DNA from: Ginglymostoma cirratum
Lineage: Eukaryota
DNA length: 64,000 nt
NCBI GenBank assembly: GCA_024137785.1
Contig: JAHRHZ010000144.1
Span: forward strand, 19,092,317 to 19,156,316
Reading direction: 5' to 3'
Below, one piece after another: positions 28,042 to 39,000 of this stretch. Both the position numbers and the translations under genes were made by a program. The notes beneath the pieces are model-generated. The model was not told the DNA's origin, ran no database searches, and saw only the letters and a program-made list of their open reading frames with translations. Positions within the stretch are counted from its first letter, which is position 1. Each line of letters opens with the position of its first letter.

Positions 28042-28717
28042 AGAGATAAAAGGTACTGCAGATGCTGGAGAATCCGAGATAACAAGCATGGGGCTGGATG
28101 AACACAGCAGGTCAAGCAGCATCATAGGAGCAGGAAAACTTGACGTTTCAGGCCTAAACCCTTCATCAGAAATGGGGGAGGGGAAGAGGGTTCTGAANNN
28201 NNNNNNNNNNNNNNNNNNNNNNNNNNNNNNNNNNNNNNNNNNNNNNNNNNNNNNNNNNNNNNNNNNNNNNNNNNNNNNNNNNNNNNNNNNNNNNNNNNNN
28301 NNNNNNNNNNNNNNNNNNNNNNNNNNNNNNNNNNNNNNNNNNNNNNNNNNNNNNNNNNNNNNNNNNNNNNNNNNNNNNNNNNNNNNNNNNNNNNNNNNNN
28401 NNNNNNNNNNNNNNNNNNNNNNNNNNNNNNNNNNNNNNNNNNNNNNNNNNNNNNNNNNNNNNNNNNNNNNNNNNNNNNNNNNNNNNNNNNNNNNNNNNNN
28501 NNNNNNNNNNNNNNNNNNNNNNNNNNNNNNNNNNNNNNNNNNNNNNNNNNNNNNNNNNNNNNNNNNNNNNNNNNNNNNNNNNNNNNNNNNNNNNNNNGCT
28601 TGACGTTTCGGGCCTAGACCCTTCATCAGAAATCCTGAAGGGTCTAGGCCCGAAACGTTAAGCTTTCCTGCTCCTATGATGCTACTTGGCCTGCTGTGTT
28701 CATCCAGCTCCACACCT
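28042..28717. mobile_element. Penelope-like element ends (direct and inverted copies) around an assembly gap
   Basis: gctggatgaacacagcagg...cccttcatcagaaat before and partly after the gap; inverted copy 28635-28717. Confidence 0.7.
28198..28597. other. Assembly gap (400 N)
   Basis: Run of N. Confidence 1.
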
Positions 28718-29209
28718 ACGTATATGTTAATCAATTATTCCATGATTTGTCCATCAGATGATGACCATTTTATTGGTACATGTCAAAGTTAAATTTCTTT
28801 TCTGGTTCTGAAGAAAAAAAAATGTGGCCACTAAATGACTTTCAAAATCTACCCTGTTCCAATGGCATATGGAGAATTAAGAGTAATGGCCTCCAGGTAA
28901 ATCTGCATTCCAGCAGGATTTGAAATATCTCTGCGCTGTACTGAAAAATGTATTGATAAAGGAATGTTTATCTAAAGCAGTTATCAATTTTCCTCAATTG
29001 GTTTGCTAGAAAAGTGATGTTACTGGTATTACTATAATTATAAAGCATTGAGAGGGAGGTTCAACGAAATTCTCAAAAACCTAGATTACAAAACCATAAA
29101 ATGGATTAGTTGCTTATGTTATTGTATAGAACAGCCAGTTAGTTTTCACAAAAATAAAAATAAACAAATTATCACGACAGATATTCATGAAATAATACTT
29201 AATAAATTC

Positions 29210-30010
29210 AGATTACAGAATGGTTAGAACTCTGGAGGCCATTCAACTCATGATGTCTGAGCAGGTCTCCACAGGCGCAATTTACCTTAGTCCACTCCCC
29301 TTTCTTTGCCTCATACATTGTTATTTAGAAAGAATGAATGTACAATGTAATGCCCTCTTGAATGCCTTGAATAAACCAGCCTCCACCACACTCAGAGGAA
29401 GTGCATTCAAAATCCTAGGCACTTTCTGAAAAGATTTTTTCCTCACGTTCATGTTGCCACTGCCTCATTTGGCAATTACCTTGAAACTGTGCCCACTTGA
29501 TCTCAAACCAATCACCAATGGGAACACTTTTTTTGCTTATCTACCTACATAATTCCTCGGCCCTGAGGTGATTGCCCTTGATGTTTTGCGTGGGTTCTCT
29601 AACGTCTCCACATGATCTTGAAAGGGTGGCGCCAGGACTAGATGCAACAGTATAGATTGAATCAGTTTCTACACAAGTTTAGCATAACTTTCTTGGTTTC
29701 ATACTCAATGATCCTATGACCTAGGATGTTTTGTGCTTTAACATCTGCTGTCAATATCTCCTACCACCTTCAATGATTAATGCACATATATGTGCTAGTC
29801 CCTCGCTCCTCTGCCTCCTTTAAAATAGCACCTTTTAGCTTTTATTGGCTCGCCTATGTTCTCTCTATCCAAATAAATCACTTCACACTTCTCTGCATTG
29901 AGTACATTTGCCATTTGTACACCTATTCCATCAGTCTATGTTCTTTGAAGTTCTACACTGTCTGTTCACAGTTCACAATGCTTCCAGGCTTCAAATCATC
30001 TTCAAAGATT
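29210..30010 (-). mobile_element. CR1 LINE 3' fragment
   Basis: Reverse complement resembles 10830-12005 and 63217-64000. Confidence 0.6.
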
Positions 30011-30612
30011 CAACATTTTAGCACGGGTGTTAACCATTTTTAAATAACCCAAGTGGTATCTGCATCAAGTCAGGAACTCTATGTTATTTGCTATCACCAA
30101 AAGCAAAATTTAAGACATGACACCCTCTTATGACCGAATTAGAACAGAGTACACCTTTTTGAAGGCAACAAATAATTACTTCACTAAACATTTCCCGCCC
30201 ATATGGCACCACTTTTTTTTTTTAAAATTTGTGCAACACCTGTGTACCTATCCATTTCTGTTGTTAGTGTAAAGACTTTTCTTCATTAATTTACATAATC
30301 TACATCAGCTGGGGAATCTGTCGCATTAAATGAGAGCTTGAGTACAAATGTCACGAAAATGCAAAATATATTTGTTATTTTAATTGAGTGGAAAATAGCA
30401 ACTTTTTAATTAATTGTTAAACCCATGTACATAGATAAAACAGCTGGCTGAATACTAAAAACGTAACAATCTTAATATTTCAACTTATTTTAACAGTGAC
30501 AGATAACAATAATAAAAATGAATTAAATTAGCATTGTTGCATTTCCATTCTAAGTTGTAATATTCAAGTGTAAGAAATAAGACCACTGATACGGACCATT
30601 TCTGCATCTTAC

Positions 30613-30786
30613 CTTTCTTATGGGTTGCTCAGTCAATGAATCCCTAGGGCCAGCAGACGAGGGTCGTGTGGGATAATAATCTAGGTCAATAAAGGCTTTT
30701 CTAGCAGCAGAACAAGTAGAATTGGGTCTTTCAGGGAGGAGGGAAGATAATTTTGAGGTAGGAATCTTTGTTAGTGCAGATGAATT
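30613..30786 (-). CDS. MAP2: MAP2 alternative exon (174 bp, NSSALTKIPTSK...RPSSAGPRDSLTEQPIRK; exon 13/MAP2e equivalent)
   Basis: catgaaaag|AATTCA...AGAAAG|gtaaga, phase 0-0; similar to mammalian NSTLSKIP...PTSAG. Confidence 0.85.
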
Positions 30787-31545
30787 CTTTTCATGAGAAA
30801 ATATAAAGTAAATTAGAAAAAAAAATAAGACAATGAACATAAAATGGATCAAAATACTGAAGTACATTAAATTAAAAGACTAACATGAAAATGCATGCCC
30901 TAACACACTAATGAATTCATCTAGACACATTGCAAATAATAACCACTTTAAAAGGTTCTGAGATTATTCTGTAACCTCAACTAAGCATTTTTGATCATTG
31001 AAGAGCACAAATTGTTTTGTAGAATTTGATACACTGTACAGAAAGTGATACAATTTTAACACTACTGTCTACTTCTATAATTACCAAGGTTTGAGAGATC
31101 CATTTTTACAAACTGCTATAGTAAGGATGGTTATTTTATAAGTTATCTTCAGAAGCACTTTTGTTATATAATCTGCTCAAAAAAAATCAATACAATAACA
31201 AATGTTATGGCAGAGCACATACTGAAATTGTTTTCTACTTTTTCAAATTTAGAAATTTTCCTAATTTTGGATGAATTAATAAATGTAATGTATTATAAGG
31301 AAACACTTTTCTTTTGTATAATATGCTCATGCTGTTATGAATGGAGATTTTGATTTTATAGTTTATTACTATGAGCTGCCAAATGCTCTGGTTTCTTTTC
31401 AACAATACACCAAAAATGGTGGGTTATTAATAGCTATTATATGGTAATACTTCTGTATCCTGTTGCTAACAATTTATCATGCTGAGTAAACTGCGAACAC
31501 AACAATTGTTATTATAGTGAGTTAACATATGTTAGGAAAGCATAC

Positions 31546-31580
31546 CATTCTTTTGCACGAAAAGAAACGACGTGCGGATT
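31546..31580 (-). CDS. MAP2: Candidate 35-nt MAP2 microexon
   Basis: tttaat branch-like motif, long T tract, ttggag|AATCCGCACGTCGTTTCTTTTCGTGCAAAAGAATG|gtatgc; four CpGs kept in an AT-rich intron. Confidence 0.5.
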
Positions 31581-32340
31581 CTCCAAATCAAAATGAAAAA
31601 AAACACAAACATTAAATGTATGATGTAATTTTCTTCAGTTCCTTTGCTGACATAGAACAGCGCTCAAGATAAGTGCTTGAAAAAATATTTAAAACCTTAA
31701 AACAAAATGCAACATTCTGTCTCCAGAATTTTACACTAAAATGCCTTAAAGGCATTTTATTGTGCTTGCTTTGTCATTTATTACTCTGATTTCATGAGAA
31801 ATAATTTTAATGCATGATCATCAATTCTATTTTAAAAAGCCTTTGATAGGAGATGAAAACTAAATCAACTTAACCACCTGGTTTATCATGGGAGTCATTA
31901 TGGCCAAACAAGGTACCCCTAACTTGTCCTAACCTCCTCGTATGCAGACTCACAATGTTTTCAGTCCTCACTGTTGGAAAACAGGTACAAAGAAACTCTG
32001 AATGAGCAGCATGGTCAACACTGCAATTCATCATATAACACACCAGTGCACTGCCATAATTTTCACGATCGCTGCATTCACATTCCATCAGTCGGTGATT
32101 CCACTAGTTTGGGGTTTAGAAATTCAGCAGCTGATAATATCATGTGTGTAACTCAAACATGGTAGGCCTTAAGCCCTATACAGAGTTGAACTCTTAGGCC
32201 AAACTGCTAACAGTTTCACCAGCTGTCATCCAAATTTCTACCGTCGACAATGCAACACAATTCAGGTTGGCAGATTAACATTATGCACAAAGCATGGTAA
32301 CCCTAGATCTTCGCGACCCTAATCCGGTTTTCAAGTACCA

Positions 32341-32443
32341 AAATAAAAACAAAGTTGCTGGAAAAGCTCAGCAGGTCTGGCAGCATCTGTGGAAGACAAA
32401 ACAGAGTTAACGTTTCGGGTCCGGTGACCCTTCCTCAGAACCC
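32341..32443 (-). mobile_element. 103-bp Penelope-like terminal insertion with a 12-bp target-site duplication and hammerhead motif
   Basis: TTTCAAGTACCA at 32329-32340 and 32444-32455; minus strand CTGAGGA-A-GGGTC-ACCG-GACCC-GAAAC-GTT. Confidence 0.8.
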
Positions 32444-33569
32444 TTTCAAGTACCAGTTTCTTTCATCAATTGAGTCAGCCACAAACTTGTGGTTAGGTCT
32501 TCAGTAGCCATGCAATTCTACAACTGGACTAATTCTAGGTCCAGGTTCCCAGGACACATAACTAGCATTCCTTAAAATGTTAGAAAATTACCATTATAAA
32601 AAATGATGCAGGTTCTTAAAAGCCTTTTCCCATCAGCATTCAAACAAACAAAAACACTGCTTGCGAACTCCCAACATAATAACTTGCAATGATTTAAATT
32701 CCCAGATTTGTTTTAAATTGTAGGAAAACTTTACCAGCTTTCACTCAGCATATACCTACTCCTGGAACAGTTTGATTGACAGGACATCTGATTTTTCAGT
32801 TTCCACAGGCAGTATTGTTATTACAGCTGAGTTCCTTACGAGTGCTTGGCTGAGTTTCAAAAGCTCCCGAATCACTTCCTTGGGAAGCAGGTCACGTATT
32901 CATTTTGATTTTCGATTTTAAGAGATTAGTAAAGGGTTAGCTGTCTTTGATATGGTTAATGAAATCGACCTTTATTTAAGCAACAGGCTGATCACGAGGG
33001 AACTTAGTTATCTTTAAGATTTAGTTTAATGCATGTAAGATTTTCTCAGCACGAGATATTTCTGAGTCAGACCTCTAGGAGATGTTAAAACTTCATTACC
33101 ATCATTTCAAAGATAAGGTTACGCATGTCTGCCCACTAGGGAGAATATATTGAGATGGGGGTAGCATAAGAAGATAAGGCAACATGGAGGTACCATGTGG
33201 AATATGAGAATAGTGAAGATAGAGTTTCAGAGCTAGACAACTAACGGTAAAATTGTGATGTCCCAGTAATTGGAGACATGTATTTTAGCGTTCTGACTTG
33301 ACTATCCATCTGTTTCCGTTATTACCTCAACTTTGCCTTAGGGCCTAACCTTGGGCCTCCTGCTCTGTCATCATTAAGAATGGAGATACTCATGGACTCT
33401 TAAGTAACTAATTGTCTGCCAAAGACCAGGACTAGATGATTGATAATCATTTGGCAGAAACGCAGGGACCTTTGCTCTGATCTTTTGGCTGTAGGATTGT
33501 TCAGTTCCTTATCCAGAATGCAGCTTCTCAACCCACTTAGTCTTGCTTTGTAGATTCACCAGGTTAAAA

Positions 33570-36040
33570 TGTACAAACTTATGAAATGGAAGTGATAGAC
33601 AATACAGTCCCTCAAACCAGCTCCATTGTTCAATACAATCATGACTGATTGCTGCGCAATTCCATTTTCACATTCTGCTCCCAATAACCCTTTGTTCCCG
33701 GAAAAATCAGTTTGTCTCAACTTTAAACATATTCAATGGTGGAGCTTCTACAACTCTTATCGAAAATTCAAAAGACACAACCCTTTGAGTGAAGAAATCC
33801 TCCTCATATTAGCCCTATGGGATCAGGCTCCCAACCTGAGTCTATGTCCCAGATTCCCCACTTGGGGAAATGGCACACAACTTTCTACTTTTGTCAAGCT
33901 TCTTTACAATCTTCTGTGCTTCAGTGAGATCACTTCCCATTCTTTGAAATTCCAGAGAGCAGAGACTCTATTCACTCAGCCTGGCGTCATACATCAATAC
34001 TCATATCCCAGTAATCAATTGAGTGAAGCCTCATAGTACCACCTTCAATACAAATAAAGCCTTCCTTAAATATAGAGACCAAAACTGCATATTGTATTCC
34101 AGACGTGATCTCACCAAAGCTCTGCAAAATTATATTTGCCACTTTGTTGTATGGTGTGCCTGTGTGCTAATTTTCCGTATTCCTTGACAGCACACCCAAG
34201 TCTCTCTGAACATCAGCATTTAGTAGTGTTAGAAGTGTTTAAAAACGTTAAATCTTTTTAAATGTTCTGATTTTCTGATCATACTACTGAAACAAAATAA
34301 CTTAATTTCCCATATTATATCCAACTGTCAATTTGTTGTCCATTCATTACACTTGTTCATATTTCATTGCAACTTTGTGTACTCACAGCTTCTATACCTA
34401 TTGAGCTTCACAAGGTCAGCAAACATTAACACAATGGATCTGTCTCTTCTTTTAAATCATTAATATAGATTGTAAATAGCTGAGGAACAAGCACATGCCA
34501 CACTTCATGAGTTACAGCCTGTCAACCCGAAAATGCTGTTGTTCCCTATTCTCTACTTCCTGCCCCTTAAAGAGTCCTTATTCAATGCTAAGCTGAGCAA
34601 GTGGTGCAATGTAGGCATGTCGGGCTTGTAATACACAGGTCAATGCATTACAGAATATATGAACTGATTCATTTTGACAGAAGGAATATAGAATATGAAC
34701 TGAATGGCATTTTTCCAAAGAGCGTGCAAGGACAGAGAGACATCCTGGGGATTCAGCTGCAGGTGGCAAGATCTTATGAGAAAGTAGTGAATAAATTAGA
34801 TGGGTTCTTGGGCTCCATGGAGGTACTGAGTACAAGAAAAGGGAGTTTTCCCTAAACCTGCAGCAAGCTCTGGTTAGGCCACAATGCAAGTATTGCATCC
34901 GGTTCTGCTCATCACATTTTTGGAAGAGTGTGAGAGCCCTCAAAGGAACAGAGGACATTTACTATATTGCTTCCAGTAACGAAAAAATCTAGCTACAAGA
35001 TTAGGTTGGAATAGTTGTGTTTGTTCTCCTTGGAGCAATAACGATGGATAGGAGATTTGATTGAGGTGTACAAGACTACAATAAGTTTAGACCAGGAGGG
35101 GCACCCATTTGGACAATGAGGAGATGAGTTGGAATGGATCAGAACCTTGTAAGTGTTTGCAGGTTGGTGGTTGTGGTGGTGGTGGGGGGGGGAGGGGGAG
35201 AAGAGGGAGGGGTGGAATTAGCAGTAGTGTTACACCTTGAGATTTTCTCCAATGGACATAGATAGCCAGTTAAGTCAGGATGCTCACTGCACACCTCAGC
35301 AAACTATGCAAGGGTACCTGATGGTCTAGGCACTTAGCCTCGGCCCCTCGTGCTGCCAGGTAAATGGCAGCAGCAGGATGGCATCTTTAAATGGGCAATA
35401 CATTGTGGGTACCCAAACCTCCCACCCACCACTGGTATAACTGCGGTGGTGGGAAGGTGCTGACAGGTCACCTGCTAGATTAAACATGCCCACTCACCTT
35501 CAAATTGTTGGCAGGATGCATCAAACTCAGTCAAATATTTCTGATAGACTATGCTCAAAGCTTTGTGTTCTTGTCTTGTATATTAACATTTTGTATAGCA
35601 CTTTTTTTGAATGCCTTTGGAAAATCCAGGTGAATTCCCCTTTAGCTACTTCTTAATTGCACTCTCAAACCTCAAATATGTGAAACTCCATTTCTAATGT
35701 GAAATCACGCTGACTTTGTCTAATCAAAATATGACTTTTAATTTGTTAACACTGTCCGATTAACTGGTCTGTAATTATCTATTTTGTCTCTCCTCCATTC
35801 TTGAATAGTGGTGTTACATTTGCAAACTTTAAACTCACTGCTACCATTCTAGATTGGAGAGAATTTTGGGAAATCATGACTTGTACAACCATTATCATTG
35901 CAGCTAACTCTTAAAACTTTAGAGTGATGGCTGTCAAGTCCTGGTCATTTTGTGGCTGTTAGCTCCTTACGTTTCTCCAATGCATCTTCTCTGTTGATGT
36001 TACTTAACTGAAGCTGCTATCTCTTACTAGTTCCAATATA
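33570..36040 (-). mobile_element. Decayed CR1 LINE with a nested plus-strand CR1 piece (about 34580-35095) and an unclassified insert (about 35205-35535)
   Basis: CR1 tail and RT similarity on both strands (IHFDRRN, LVRPQ). Confidence 0.55.
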
Positions 36041-36091
36041 CCTCAAGAAAGCAGCAAGAAAGACCAAAGTAAATGGAAAACATCAACTGTA

Positions 36092-39000
36092 AGACGGGCG
36101 TGCACAAATTTGGTTAGCAAGTAGATGCTGCTAGGGTCTCCCTGTGACCCAGCTTGTGTGGTTGCCACTGCAGCGTTTTTACGTAGCTTGTCCCCTGCAC
36201 TGTTTGGTCGAACCTCACGTGGCTCCTCCCTGGTAACGACAGTGGACGAGAGTACCTTTGTCTTATCTGGCTGGTAGACCTACCTACTGGCTACCTGAAC
36301 GGGGCTAGTACGGTGGGTCCCTCGGTCAGAGGTACAGGTCTTACTCGATCCTCTGCCGGTGATTACGACCAGAGAAAAATTGTCGAACCCGCGTGGGGCA
36401 ATGCGCTGCGCTTTAGTGGTGCCATTAAAGAAATAGTACGGTTGACACTAGTCTTCCTATATCTGGTTGGGCCGGTGACCGGATTAAAAAACTGCCCCAC
36501 AAGTTTGCTAGTGGTGGTAGCTTGCGCAAAGCGTAGTAGCCACAACAAGATTAGGACATCAGTCTCAACAGACGGACAGTTTGAGGCCCATTGTTTCTCA
36601 CCCTGTTTTTGTCCCCAGTTTCAAGCTAACGGGGTCAGAAGGTAGGGGAGATGATGAGAAGGATCTAGCTGTAGAGACAGCCAATGCCTTAGCTCAATCT
36701 TTTGGTGAGATTACAACACAAGTTTTCTACAACAGTAATTTTAGAAATATGGGCAACAAAGTATCAGAGCGTGGAGATACATCTGGTAATTTTAAGGTCA
36801 TCAAACCACCCAAGATGGAATGTAGAATGGAGGTAATACTTCAGTATCCTGTTGACATGTTCTTTTATGATAAGTGTCAGCTTACATGTCCCACAATGGG
36901 GGCATTTCGTTTGCATGTTAAGAAAGTACATGGTGTTAAAGTAATTCGGACAAGTTGCGTGAAGAGTGGAAGATGTGTTGAATATCGTTCTATAGCCTGC
37001 CATTATCTGAAATGTAAAGGTGACAGTAAAAGAGATGTTAACGTGGTTTTTTGAATGTTCAATGTGAAAGTTAAAATTTAGTACGAGGATTGACTGGGGA
37101 CAACATGAAAGACATAAATATGCGGGGTTAAGGAATCAGAAATGGATAGAAAATAGTAGGATGAAGAAAGAGGAGACAAATATAGGTAGAAGAGAGGGGA
37201 TTTGGTCAGGAGAAGAGATTAAATTGTTGATGCCGTTGGAAGAAGTATATAAAGTAGATAAACAAATTAATAAAAAGATAGTGAGCATGATAAATTCTAA
37301 GACACCAAAACAAATTTCTGATAAGCAGAGTTCTTCTTCAGAATAGGGGTAAGGGAAAGGAGGTAATTGTGTCCGGGGATTCACAGGAAGATGTAGGGAC
37401 TGATGGTAAGGATATGTTAGATCAGAGATATGTACAAGGGACACAGGGTAGAGTTGACTCTCGGGAGTTAACAAAGTACACTACTGAGGAATTGTTGGAT
37501 AAAGCAGAGGAATAGCTTAGTGCTAAAGAGGATCAGGAAGTTTTTAAACTTGGCTGATTCCATTACAGGGAGATTATTGAGGGGGGAGGGGAAGGAGCGG
37601 GCTGGTAATAATAGTGATGAAAGTAATAGATCTAGAAGAGAGGACGGTGACCAGCAAGAAAATAATAGAGTGAAACGAAAAGGAAATGGGGCCCAAAGAT
37701 AGTTTGCAAAAAGGAAATCAAACTTCCGTGCAAGCCAGGTGTTATTCAAGACAAATAGGCAACAGCTTGCAAGGGAATTGATGGGAGTGCCTCCCAGTTG
37801 TTTATGCCCCCTTAAGTAAGGGAGAATTGTTTTTAGTATTTGAGGAGAAACTTTCTGTATCTTATGATAAGGCAAATATTACTAGATTTGTACCCTACAG
37901 GGGCGACAGACAATTTAATTGTCTGATGGACTCGGTTGGTAGCGGAGAGGTAGAGGTGGCTATTGGGGAGGCAGACTCGAAAACGGCTGCAGGTCCTGAT
38001 GGGTGGGGATTGAGAGACGTTCAAGAGATCCATCAGAAGGACGTCACTTGTCTCTCACTTTTGTTTACCATATGGATCAGGACAGGTATGATCCCAGATG
38101 TTTTGAAGATTAGTAGGATAGTGTTATTACTAAAGTTGGACAACACAAAGTTTGAAAGACATCGACAACTGGCGACCTATTACCATTGGTCCTATTCTGC
38201 TACGCATCTTCACTCGAATTTTGGCGAGGAGGCTTAGTAGAGTACTGAAATTAAATCAGAAGCAAAAAGGCTTCCTGATAGGATCATCGGAATGTAATGA
38301 GAATACAGTGATCCTTCAGAATATCATAAAGGGAGCAAAGAAGCTGGAGGGGATTTGGCCGTTGTCTTTGTCGATGTGGCGAAAGCGTTCGACTCAGTAG
38401 GGCATAAATTGCTTTCCAGGGTGTTAGAAAGAGTGCGCCTATCGAAGGACTTCATTAGAATGATTATGAATTTCTATACGAATGATTCGACCGTGGTGGA
38501 AGGAAATAGATATAAAATGGACCCTACGGAAGTAAGACGTGGTGTTAAACAAGGGAATCCTTCATCTCCTAAATTGTTTAACATTGCCATGGATCCTTTG
38601 ATAGGCACGTTGGAGGAAACTGAATCGGGAATAATGATGGATCTAGAGGGAGAGCCTATCCATTGTAAGGTGTTGGCATTCACGGATGACATAGCACTCT
38701 TATGTGGATCTCACCTCGGGATGATTAAGAATTTGAAGACCGTACAATGTTTCTGTGATTACACTGGTTGCATGATTAATGTTAAGACCACCAAAGGTTC
38801 CTACTTTGAATGCAAAGGTAGGACATTTTTATACAATCGTTTAAAGGAATGGAAGTTCCGGGGGTGGCTGGGGAGCAGGGTGCGTTGTTCAATATATTAC
38901 CCTGGGTGAGCTAGAAAAGCATATAGGTGTGCCAGTCAATCCGTGGACAGGAATACGACTGGCCGAATGGGAGAAAATGCTTAAGGAATGTGCAGAAAAT

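Noticed and set aside
27967-28734. 255-aa and 171-aa ORFs
   Set aside because: Artefacts of reading through 400 N.
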